Positions 1-8,075 of a stretch of DNA of 64,000 bases are shown in pieces (the stretch's first letter is position 1; every line of letters starts with the position of its first letter). The position numbers and the translations under genes were made by a program. A model generated the notes under the pieces. It made no database searches. It saw only the letters and a list, made by a program, of their open reading frames with translations, and was not told the origin of the DNA. Origin of the DNA: an uncultured Eubacteriales bacterium (GTDB lineage: Bacteria > Acidobacteriota > Aminicenantia > Aminicenantales > Aminicenantaceae). The stretch lies in contig CAZDJZ010000003.1 of NCBI GenBank assembly GCA_964505785.1, positions 99,186-163,185 of the forward strand, given 5' to 3'.

Positions 1-69
1 TACGCTTCATATTCAGAAAGCGATTATGGTATTATTAGTAAAAATGAAGAATAAAATGAAGAAATAACA

Positions 70-2319
70 ATGGTTAGAGGAAGCGAACACACACAAATTA
101 CAAAGGATGATATCAGTTTTATCATTGATGAGTTGTCAAAAAACCACAACGCCCCTTCTCTGCAGGAACTGGTAAAGAAAGTCGCCTTTAAAAAGAATGC
201 CAATCAATTGGATCAGGAAGTAAAGTTATATGATCCCGCCTGCAAATACGAAATAGGTGACCTTATCTGCAAAGAATATGATGAGCCTCTTATGGTTAGC
301 AGCAAGGGAAAGGAGCCCTTTAAAGGAAAAATTGTTCTTGAAGTTGTAAACAAGATACCATTCGACAGTTTCAACTGCGAAATGCTGGAAGTGGACTATA
401 CCGGCGGCGGGACGTTCCGGCGCCACATCGATTATATGAAAAAAACGAAAACCCAGGTCATGCTTCCCTCTGCAGAGGGAGAAAAAGAGTGTACTCCGAA
501 AATTCTCAAACGGGAAGATGATCCCCGTTTGCACGATTTATCCATGACAGACAAGGACCTGCGCCAACTGGGAAAAAATCTTGAAGCCGGCCTTTCAGAA
601 TCCGGCAAGTTTTTTTCGTGGAACAACCACTGGCAGCTGATTAAAAAACAAATAAAAATCACCAAAAAAACAATGGATAAGATTGAATCCGATTTTAACA
701 AAAAAAAACAATCCGCATCCACAGAAGAATTGGTGACAGCCCATTTCAATATCAAGCCCGGCAGTGAGAAGATGGATTTGCACTGCATAAGTCTTAATCA
801 TGCTTTAGCTAATTCACGAAAACGCAATTTTTTATTTGTCTCTCCGGAAGGCTGGGGACGCTGGTTTCTCCGCGATATTCTTCAATCATTTATCAAAAAC
901 AACCCTCTCTCTGTTCCTAGGATTGCGGTTCCGGAGCTGCAGGACCAAGCTTCACAAAAAGCTCCGGATAAAAAATTTCCTCTTAAAGTTTATCTTTCAT
1001 GGAGAGAGGTGCTCGGTGGAGGAATCACCGTTCCTCAAGGATTGAAAAGAGAACTCTCAAGTGCCCGTGAATATCGCTTTTTTGATGTTGAAAATGAAAA
1101 AGAATATACCGTATATTATTATCCCAATCTCCATATTTTCCTGGGATTGGATGATTATTATAAGGAACATAAGGTAACTCAGGGAGCCAGTGTTACAATA
1201 GCCAAGGAAGACACAAACCGTTTCCGTTTTTGGCTGAAAAAAGCTAAAAAGAAAATTTCTTTGCCTTTGTTGAAATATAATCCGAAAAACGATTCTTTTG
1301 CGGAAACCGGAAAAGAGATATCTACGTATGCTCACCCTAACAAAATTATTTTTTTAGCCCACGGCACATTAAAAAACATCCTGACCTTGTATAACCAAAG
1401 GGAGGGAAAAGATCTTCGTGAACTTCTTGTGCTGGTTTTCCGTCATTTTGGATTGGAAGGCGAAGCCCTGACTCTTCATTATCAAAGAGCTTTTCATCTC
1501 GTCAATATGCTCACACATACAACCACCGCAGATGTTTATGAAACGTTAATACTGGCACCTGAATTCATTCCGTCGGAAAAGAAAAAGGGTCTCTTTCTGT
1601 ACCATGAAAAATTAAAAAAAGAATCCGAAGTCGAAAAAGAAGCGGAGGATGATATCGAAGAGGGGGAAGAGATTTGGGAAGAAGAGATCGAAGAAGATTA
1701 TTCCGAGGAAGGGCTCCCGGAAATAGGAACAGTGGGTGAAGTCGTATCTCCAGAAGTGGTTCTTGAAGAAAAAAAAGAAATAGAGCTCCCCGAAGAAGAA
1801 AAGCCCGCACTTCCTGAAGAACACCCTGAAGAAGCAGCGGTGCCGGAACCTGAAGCTGAATTTGAGGATGAAGCCGAACTTGAAGCGGTTATGGTGGAGA
1901 AAGAGACCTTAGAAGAGGACCTAGAAGAAGAGGAAGAAGAAGAAAAGGAAAGCATTAGAAAGAAAATTGAGCAGGAACGAAAACCCCGTCATGCTAAAGG
2001 TGGAAAACGTTATATTGAAGAACGAATTGAACAGGAAGAATCTGAACTGGAAGCTTTCTATGCTCTGAAAGCCGAAGAAGAATTTGAGGAAGAAAAGCTG
2101 GAAGATCTCCCCTTAACAAAAAAAGAAGAAAAAGAAAAATCATACGCCAAGACGGAAGAAGAGGAGAAACCCCTGTCCGGATTATTCGGAGAAAAGTTGA
2201 AATCCGCTTTAGGGCAAAAAGAGCAAAAAAGTGAGTCCGGAAAGAAAAAAAACGGTGATAAAAAACCAGCTCAAAAAAAATCAGACGGAAACAAATCTCC
2301 AAAAAAGACAAAAAAGTAA
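70..2319 (+). CDS. hypothetical protein; globular N-terminal ~500 aa, then a Glu-rich acidic tract and a Lys-rich C-terminal tail
   Basis: 749-aa ORF with no competing frame. From about aa 510 to 700 the sequence is dominated by E (EEEIEEDYSEEG, EEDLEEEEEEEKE). The last ~50 aa are K-rich (KKKNGDKKPAQKKSDGNKSPKKTKK). No family recognised by eye. Confidence 0.6.
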   Translation: MVRGSEHTQITKDDISFIIDELSKNHNAPSLQELVKKVAFKKNANQLDQEVKLYDPACKYEIGDLICKEYDEPLMVSSKGKEPFKGKIVLEVVNKIPFDSFNCEMLEVDYTGGGTFRRHIDYMKKTKTQVMLPSAEGEKECTPKILKREDDPRLHDLSMTDKDLRQLGKNLEAGLSESGKFFSWNNHWQLIKKQIKITKKTMDKIESDFNKKKQSASTEELVTAHFNIKPGSEKMDLHCISLNHALANSRKRNFLFVSPEGWGRWFLRDILQSFIKNNPLSVPRIAVPELQDQASQKAPDKKFPLKVYLSWREVLGGGITVPQGLKRELSSAREYRFFDVENEKEYTVYYYPNLHIFLGLDDYYKEHKVTQGASVTIAKEDTNRFRFWLKKAKKKISLPLLKYNPKNDSFAETGKEISTYAHPNKIIFLAHGTLKNILTLYNQREGKDLRELLVLVFRHFGLEGEALTLHYQRAFHLVNMLTHTTTADVYETLILAPEFIPSEKKKGLFLYHEKLKKESEVEKEAEDDIEEGEEIWEEEIEEDYSEEGLPEIGTVGEVVSPEVVLEEKKEIELPEEEKPALPEEHPEEAAVPEPEAEFEDEAELEAVMVEKETLEEDLEEEEEEEKESIRKKIEQERKPRHAKGGKRYIEERIEQEESELEAFYALKAEEEFEEEKLEDLPLTKKEEKEKSYAKTEEEEKPLSGLFGEKLKSALGQKEQKSESGKKKNGDKKPAQKKSDGNKSPKKTKK

Positions 2320-2456
2320 CTATTTTTTGACGTAAATTATACAAAATCCGCAATTTTTGTCAGTTTTATTCTTGCATAAACCTATATTTTCATTTTTTTC
2401 TGTAACATAGAAATGGCATAAATTTTGCATTATTTTTTCATGGGAATAATAACTAA

Positions 2457-2847
2457 CCTGTATTATTCACGGGCCTGGATTGCCGCAGACGGCGACAATA
2501 CGTTCATTCATTGTCGTCCTGAGGAGCATAGCGACGAAGGATCTTAGACGGCGCTTGCACGAGAAGACGATTACTCTTTATTCGGCAAAGAAGTCTAAGA
2601 TCCTCACGGCCTGCCGGCGCAGGCCTCAGGATGACATTGATTCAATCAAGGTCGTCACTTCACTACGACGAGCTGCAAGCCGGAAGATGCGGTGAGATTC
2701 GGCCTGCCCGAAGGGGTGAAAATTTGCGAGTAATATATAAATGTGCAAATGAAAAACTTTCCATTTGAACTTTCAATAAAAATCATGTTAATCGCTGATA
2801 AAAAAGAAATTGCAAAAATATCGCAATTTTTTTATGAATAATTCAGG
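2457..2847. mobile_element. MITE-like non-coding element (copy A of a modular repeat family) with 13-nt terminal inverted repeats
   Basis: The left end is CCTGTATTATTCA (2457-2469). The right end TGAATAATTCAGG (2835-2847) is the reverse complement CCTGAATTATTCA, a 12/13 match. CTAA is present on both flanks (2453-2456 and 2848-2851). The interior carries modules that are repeated elsewhere in the window. Confidence 0.5.
2513..2635. repeat. long imperfect inverted repeat inside element A (two opposed copies of the GTCRTCCTGAGG...GGATCTTAGAC module)
   Basis: 2513-2549 is gtcgtcctgagg...ggatcttagac. The reverse complement of 2593-2635 is gtcatcctgagg...ggatcttagac, so the outer 12 nt (1 mismatch) and inner 11 nt (perfect) can pair. 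The right arm also contains a GC hairpin, GGCCTGC-cggc-GCAGGCC (2608-2625). Confidence 0.7.
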
Positions 2848-2868
2848 CTAAAAGAAAAGGATGATCGC

Positions 2869-3036
2869 ATGAAAAAAATATGTCAACGCCATCATAAAAC
2901 TTTTGGTTTATCCGGCCTCATAGGAGCCTGGGCCGTTATCGGAATGGTATGGGCTGGGATGAACACCCTTCCGCTTATCACTTCATTGATTGCAGGAGGA
3001 TTAATCGGCCTGACTCTCTTTGGGGTAAAAGCATAG
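2869..3036 (+). CDS. possible small (55 aa) two-helix membrane protein
   Basis: This ORF is not in the supplied track because it is under 60 aa: ATG at 2869, TAG at 3034-3036. Translation: MKKICQRHHKTFGLSGLIGAWAVIGMVWAGMNTLPLITSLIAGGLIGLTLFGVKA. It has two hydrophobic Gly-rich stretches and an AAGGA-like RBS (aaaaggatgatcgcATG). No homology evidence. Confidence 0.25.
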   Translation: MKKICQRHHKTFGLSGLIGAWAVIGMVWAGMNTLPLITSLIAGGLIGLTLFGVKA

Positions 3037-3043
3037 CTTAGGA

Positions 3044-3808
3044 CTATAAAATGATTCGTGAAGACCCCTGCTTACGGGTTACTCCGGTTTGGTCCAATAA
3101 TTCGAGAAGAGGTATCGCGAATTTTCTGGTTAAGCCGGTCGCTTCTTTAAATTCAGCTACGGTAAACAAATTTTTCCCTGCGTTTGTCAATGAATCAATA
3201 ATTCCATCAAGCCATTGAGAATGAAAAAGAATTCCTTCCCGGCTGTGAATAACTCTCTTCCTTTTCAACAATGCTTCCAGAAGGCGGTCAAAGGTTTGAG
3301 TCGATACCTTAATCTGATGCTGAATCTCCGCGATAGTCATCCGGCGAAATTCCCCCAGCTCAAACATTGTTTCCAATTCGGAAAGCAAATGCACCTCTTC
3401 TGGTGTCAAGGCCGGTTCCCGCCTGACAGCGAACAAAATACCATGTTCATCACGCAGTTTGCCGGAACGGATCATTCTCTGGAGCACCCATTCAATGACC
3501 CGGGGCGGAAGAGAGGAAATGATAAAAAGATTTTCTTTTTTTATCCCTTCGGATTGGGAAGTCCGTTCCTGTTCGCGCTGAATCAGAGAAAAAAATGCAT
3601 TTTCAATCTCATCCAGAGCTGATTTTTCCATGACTAAAAGAGGAGAAAAAACCAGTATCCGCAAGCAGCCTTCCTCCTCCAGGCACTGGCATTGTTTACG
3701 GATTTCATCCAATGTCAGTCCGGTCGCATTTTGAATTTCTTTTCCGGCTAATCCTTTTGGGCCTTTTTCTCTTGCCAGTTCCAGAATTTTTCCCTTTTTA
3801 TTCGGCAT
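3044..3808 (-). CDS. stand-alone SelB C-terminal (winged-helix, SECIS-binding domain IV)-like protein
   Basis: The C-terminus GLTRKFAIPLLELLDQTGVTRKQGSSRIIL matches the last winged helix of SelB (E. coli GVGRKLAIQILEYFDRIGFTRRRGN, recalled from memory). At 254 aa it is about the size of the four-WH domain IV. No EF-Tu-like GTPase part is present. Its start lies 4 nt after the rnr stop. Confidence 0.7.
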   Translation of the reverse strand: MPNKKGKILELAREKGPKGLAGKEIQNATGLTLDEIRKQCQCLEEEGCLRILVFSPLLVMEKSALDEIENAFFSLIQREQERTSQSEGIKKENLFIISSLPPRVIEWVLQRMIRSGKLRDEHGILFAVRREPALTPEEVHLLSELETMFELGEFRRMTIAEIQHQIKVSTQTFDRLLEALLKRKRVIHSREGILFHSQWLDGIIDSLTNAGKNLFTVAEFKEATGLTRKFAIPLLELLDQTGVTRKQGSSRIIL

Positions 3809-3812
3809 GGCA

Positions 3813-5852
3813 TCACCCTTCAGGTTTAAGACTCATCCGCCCTAACTCAGGATTTACAGCAAGCAGCTGGACATCCAATCGATCTCCCAGTTCATAGGTT
3901 TTCCCTGTTCGGCGTCCTCTCAGGGTTTTTTCACTCTTGCGAAAATAATAATCATGATCCAGGTCTTGATACAAAATGATTCCGGATACAAAATAGTCAT
4001 CCAATTCGACGACAACACCAGCGCCGATAATGTCAACAATAAACCCTGTAAAGATATCCCCCACTTTTGTTTTCAACAAGCGGTATATTCTCCAATTGAT
4101 CACTTCCTTTTCCGCCTCATCCGCTCTTCTTTCCGTCTCTGAGCATTGAGCCGAGATTTTCGGTAGAGATGCAGCCTTTATCTCTTCCTTTTTCAGAACG
4201 GATTTCAAAATACGGTGAACGACAAGATCCGGATACCTTCGTATCGGTGATGTAAAATGGGTATAATGTTCTTTCCCAAGCCCATAATGGCCCATATTTT
4301 CCTCGGAATATACCGCAAGTTTCAGGCTCCTTAGGACTTGAATCGTAACAAACTTTTCTTCTTCGCGTCCCTCAAAATGATCAATGACTTTTTGAAGGTC
4401 GTTGCGGTTTGTTTTTTGAGCGGGAGGCAGCGAGAGACCGAAATGCTTTAAAATTTCTCTGAGTTTTTCCATATCCTTAGGATCCGGGGGCGGATGAATC
4501 CGGAAAATGAGCGGCTGCGGACTATTATCCAAATATACCGCAACAGCCTGATTTGCTGCCAGCATAAATTCTTCAATCAATTGATGTGCTTCATTCTGAA
4601 AAAAGGGAACCACTTTATGCAAGACCCCCTTGCGGTAGATCAACTCCGGTTGGGGATGATCAAAGTCCAAACTCCCGGAAGACATTCGATTCCGGCGCAG
4701 CAGGGAAGCCAATTTCCGCATATCAAACAATCCGGAAATCAGTTCGGAATATTTTTCCTGTGCTTTTTTTTCTTTCTGAAATATTTTATAAACTTCCGTG
4801 TATGTCATCCTGGCTTTAGTCCGGATAATTGATGGAAAAAAAACCGTATCCTGAAGCACACCTTCCTCATCGAAATTCATCATAACCGACATGGTTAATT
4901 TTTCTTCATCAGGCCTCAGGCTGCATATTTTATTGGACAGTTTTTCCGGAAGCATGGGAATGACGGAATCCGGGAAATATACACTGGTTCCACGGCTGTA
5001 AGCTTCTTTATCCAAAAAAGTTCCTGGTCTAACGTAATGAGACACATCTGCAATGTGAACTCCAAGTGAAAACCCCCTGTCTTTATTGCGTTTTATACTG
5101 ACCGCGTCATCAAAATCCCGCGCGCTTTCCCCGTCAATCGTCAGCGTCGTCCAATTGCGTAAATCCCGCCGTCCTTGCCTATCCTGTTCCTTTAAGGCTT
5201 CGGGAATGGACTGAACTTCAGCTAAGACGCCTTCAGGGAATTCCCGGGGGAGCCCATGCTTTCTGGTTATAACTTCAACATCAACCCCGGGATCATCCGG
5301 AAGTCCCAGCACGTCAACAATCTGCCCTCTTTCCCTGTCTACCTCAATAATCATCCCGGAATTCAAGTCATTCCCCCCGGTTTTGACCGGAATGTCTTCC
5401 AGAGACGGGCTTTCAAAAGGCATGTAAAATGACCGGCCCTTAAGCTCTTTATAAATTCCCAAAACTGTTTTTTTTCGCTTTTTCACTATTCGGATTATCC
5501 GGCCCTCAGGTTTGTCTCCCTTTTTCAAATACACAACTTCAACAATATCTCCCTGGATTGATCCTTCGGAAAAACGCGCCGGAATAAAGATATCTCTGAG
5601 GCCGGCCGTTTTCGGCTTAACAAACCCGAAGCCCTTGAGCACCGTAATTAATTCCCCCCGGACGGTATGTTTTTCTCCGGGCAGAACATACTTTTTTCCA
5701 ACCTGCGTAATGATGCCTTTTTTGAGAAGATCTTTGAGGTTCTTTTTAAACTTGGTTTTTTCTTTCGGTCGCAAATGCAGCTTAGCCGCTATTTTTGCAT
5801 AACTCAACCCTTTCCGGTTTTTTTGCAGTAACTGCAGTATCTGTTCAATCAT
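3813..5852 (-). CDS. rnr: ribonuclease R (HTH + cold-shock + RNB + S1)
   Basis: RNB motifs ARDFDDAVSI, GVHIADVSHYV and HFTSPIRRYPDLVVHR, plus a C-terminal S1-like region. I chose the start at MIEQILQ (5852, GGTGAG upstream). The track ORF extends to 5984, but that extension runs through an intergenic repeat copy. Confidence 0.9.
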   Translation of the reverse strand: MIEQILQLLQKNRKGLSYAKIAAKLHLRPKEKTKFKKNLKDLLKKGIITQVGKKYVLPGEKHTVRGELITVLKGFGFVKPKTAGLRDIFIPARFSEGSIQGDIVEVVYLKKGDKPEGRIIRIVKKRKKTVLGIYKELKGRSFYMPFESPSLEDIPVKTGGNDLNSGMIIEVDRERGQIVDVLGLPDDPGVDVEVITRKHGLPREFPEGVLAEVQSIPEALKEQDRQGRRDLRNWTTLTIDGESARDFDDAVSIKRNKDRGFSLGVHIADVSHYVRPGTFLDKEAYSRGTSVYFPDSVIPMLPEKLSNKICSLRPDEEKLTMSVMMNFDEEGVLQDTVFFPSIIRTKARMTYTEVYKIFQKEKKAQEKYSELISGLFDMRKLASLLRRNRMSSGSLDFDHPQPELIYRKGVLHKVVPFFQNEAHQLIEEFMLAANQAVAVYLDNSPQPLIFRIHPPPDPKDMEKLREILKHFGLSLPPAQKTNRNDLQKVIDHFEGREEEKFVTIQVLRSLKLAVYSEENMGHYGLGKEHYTHFTSPIRRYPDLVVHRILKSVLKKEEIKAASLPKISAQCSETERRADEAEKEVINWRIYRLLKTKVGDIFTGFIVDIIGAGVVVELDDYFVSGIILYQDLDHDYYFRKSEKTLRGRRTGKTYELGDRLDVQLLAVNPELGRMSLKPEG

Positions 5853-5911
5853 TATAATTATCTCACCATTTCTTTTCCTATTGTAACAATTATCGAATAA
5901 ATCTACTAACC

Positions 5912-6167
5912 GGGATTTTTCACGGGCCGGGATGGCCGCATATATTGGCGCCCCCCGCCGCCGCGCTTCCCCCTGTATTTTCATTATCCTCTGTTTCGGA
6001 TATCAAAAATGATATAATGAACGGGTATAATTCACAAGCTGAGATCGCCGCATATGCAAGGCGCAGGATATTGAGCTGATCGAAATTTATTTAATGATTT
6101 AACCATGCGTATAATTCATCAGCTGACAATATGTGTTCTTTCTGCACTGCTGCAAGGCCTGAGAGCC
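5912..6167. repeat. three successive copies of the ATTATTCAC-GGCC-GGATTGCCGCA type repeat module
   Basis: Copy 1 (5912-5951): gggatttttcacgggccgggatggccgcatatattggcgc. Copy 2 (6023-6064): gggtataattcacaagctgagatcgccgcatatgcaaggcgc. Copy 3 (6108-6167): cgtataattcatcagctgacaat...gcaaggcctgagagcc. They are related to 2461-2496 and 48884-48918. Confidence 0.6.
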
Positions 6168-6212
6168 ATATAATGATGATTTTCAGAGCAATAATTTAAA
6201 TTATAAACCGCC

Positions 6213-6854
6213 ATGAAAAATGATAACGGCAACCAGGAACAATACTATCAAGCCATTGCCAGGCGTCTATTTCAATTGCGGGGAGCTCCTTTTGTCATAT
6301 CCCCTCGGGAAAATGAAACTATAAAATCATGGGAAAGGATGCGGATCCCCTTGAGAATTATTCTTGAGGGAATCGAAAGCGCTTTTGAATTCTGCTCTCC
6401 AGGAATGAAAAAAAAATTGTCCTTGAACAGCTGCCATTTGTCCGTTTTGCGCCGCTTTAAGCAGCACCGGGACCGCCGGGTGGGAAACCGCCGTCCTAAC
6501 GCCTCTGTCACTACGGATACAGACAAAAAGGTCCTTATTCAAAAAGAAATACGAATATTTCTGAGCAAAATGCCCGTTGAAGCCTCTTTTTTGGCACCGG
6601 TCTTTAACAAGGTTTCACGCCGGGTGCTTCCCGGCGGCGGAGAAGAAGCCGAACTGGAAAAATGGGATCAAAAAATAGACGATCTGATTTTTGAGAACAT
6701 ACCTCCGGCTGAAAAAGAAAAAATAAGGAAGGAAATGGAAAAAGAGTATGGCTTATTCAAGAGCCGGGACCTGGAACGCATGGTCCGGATATTCGGTATT
6801 AAAAAATTCCGTGAAAAAAATCAGGTTCCGTATCTCTCTCCTTATTACTATTGA
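6213..6854 (+). CDS. hypothetical protein (213 aa)
   Basis: Clean ORF in an otherwise empty region with charged, protein-like composition. No motif recognised. Confidence 0.5.
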   Translation: MKNDNGNQEQYYQAIARRLFQLRGAPFVISPRENETIKSWERMRIPLRIILEGIESAFEFCSPGMKKKLSLNSCHLSVLRRFKQHRDRRVGNRRPNASVTTDTDKKVLIQKEIRIFLSKMPVEASFLAPVFNKVSRRVLPGGGEEAELEKWDQKIDDLIFENIPPAEKEKIRKEMEKEYGLFKSRDLERMVRIFGIKKFREKNQVPYLSPYYY

Positions 6855-6888
6855 TCTGAACGGGGCACAAGCCGGACCTGAATGCCGC

Positions 6889-7662
6889 TTATCCGGTTCG
6901 CCGGTTTTTTTCAAAAATAAGCCGCAATCCCTCTAAAACCAAATGCGGTTCATAGGCATCAATCTCTTCGATATCATCAAAGATCAAAGAGGCAGCTCCT
7001 CCGGTCGCAATAACTTTTGTATCGCTTCCCAGCTCCTGCTTAATCTCATGTATGATGTTTTTTACCAATCCGACGTAACCGAAATAGAGACCGGAATGCA
7101 TGCTGGCATTCGTGTTTTTTCCTATCACGTGCTGGGCTTTTCTTAATTCAATCCAGGGGAGCTTAGCGGTTTTCAGATAAAGCGCTTCTGCCGATATGTG
7201 TATTCCCGGGGCGATGGCTCCTCCCAAATAATCTCCGGAAGAAGAAACGGCATCAAAGGTTGTAGCCGTTCCAAAATCCAGAATGATGCAGGGTGTACCG
7301 TATTTTTCCCGGGCTCCCACTGCGGAAACAATCCTATCCGCACCGACTTCTTGAGGATTATCGTACAGAACTGCAATCCCCGTTTTTAGACCCGGGCCCA
7401 CAACCAAAGCACGTATATTGAAAATTTCACGAGTGATCTTCTGAAACACCGGGGTCAGCGGAGGAACCACACTGGAAATGATCACATCTTCAATGTCAAT
7501 TTTTTTTAAATGAGCCAGGGAAAACAAATTGAGCAGCAAGGCTTTATACTCATCGCAGGTGCTTTTGCGGTCAGCCTTAATCTTCCAGTTCCGCATGAGC
7601 TTTTTTCCCCTGAAAACCCCGATGGCTATACTGGTGTTCCCGATGTCAATCCCCAGCAGCAT
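6889..7662 (-). CDS. coaX: type III pantothenate kinase
   Basis: MLLGIDIGNTSIAIGVF, VGADRIVSAVGA and ILDFGTATTFD are typical ASKHA-fold CoaX/Baf motifs. Length is 257 aa. Confidence 0.9.
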   Translation of the reverse strand: MLLGIDIGNTSIAIGVFRGKKLMRNWKIKADRKSTCDEYKALLLNLFSLAHLKKIDIEDVIISSVVPPLTPVFQKITREIFNIRALVVGPGLKTGIAVLYDNPQEVGADRIVSAVGAREKYGTPCIILDFGTATTFDAVSSSGDYLGGAIAPGIHISAEALYLKTAKLPWIELRKAQHVIGKNTNASMHSGLYFGYVGLVKNIIHEIKQELGSDTKVIATGGAASLIFDDIEEIDAYEPHLVLEGLRLIFEKNRRTG

Positions 7663-8068
7663 GATTGTCCTCCCTTGAAAAGTTAATGATCCGCGCAGAA
7701 AACAAAACTTTCCGGCTGTTCTGCTGCTCCAGAATCAACCCGCCCAGTTTTTTTCTCTTCCGTATCAAATCGGTGGGCCGTTTTAATGAAATAGAAAACC
7801 GGCAGTACCGGAATATCGCCTCCCTGCAGGCAAATCCCCCGATGATAGGAAGTAAAGATACGTCCGGACGGCCGGGATTAAGTAAAAGCGAAACATACAA
7901 ACTTTTGTCCAGAGGCAATATCCAATTCCGGTTTTGCATGCCGCAGCCCCGGCTATGCTCCCGCGCCGCTACAGCCGTATAAGGGGGAGTCCCGTTTTCA
8001 GCCAGTTTCTTCAATATATCATTGGCTGAAGGACAAGAATCAATCCATCGCACTTCACTCATATTCAT
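7646..8068 (-). CDS. biotin-protein ligase (BirA)-like protein, truncated and motif-degenerate; possible gene relic
   Basis: The usual birA-coaX neighbourhood is present. REHSRGCGMQNRNW sits where the GRGRxGRxW biotin loop is expected. LKRPTDLI sits where KWPND is expected, and LGGLILE where GIGIN/GILxE is expected. Only ~140 aa from MNMSEV (8068), and the ORF ends by overlapping the coaX start. Confidence 0.5.
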   Translation of the reverse strand: MNMSEVRWIDSCPSANDILKKLAENGTPPYTAVAAREHSRGCGMQNRNWILPLDKSLYVSLLLNPGRPDVSLLPIIGGFACREAIFRYCRFSISLKRPTDLIRKRKKLGGLILEQQNSRKVLFSARIINFSREDNHAAGD

Positions 8069-8075
8069 ACAGTCT

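Noticed and set aside
2480-2695. 71-aa plus-strand ORF (MPQTATIRSFIVVLRSIATKDL...) in the first large gap
   Set aside because: It lies entirely inside the MITE-like element and reads through both arms of its internal inverted repeat. It has Arg/Ser-rich junk composition and no RBS. This is a typical repeat-derived false ORF.
3044-3808. Evidence for a selenocysteine system (SECIS, in-frame TGA genes) associated with the SelB-like protein
   Set aside because: No gene in the window appears interrupted by an in-frame TGA, with homology continuing across it, and no selA/selD/selC is present. The selenocysteine interpretation is therefore not supported locally.
5853-5984. N-terminal 44-aa extension of RNase R given by the longest ORF
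   Set aside because: The extension (MKIQGEARRRGAPIYAAIPAREK...) is encoded by a copy of the intergenic repeat module. The internal MIEQILQLLQKNRKGLSY start gives a normal RNase R HTH N-terminus.
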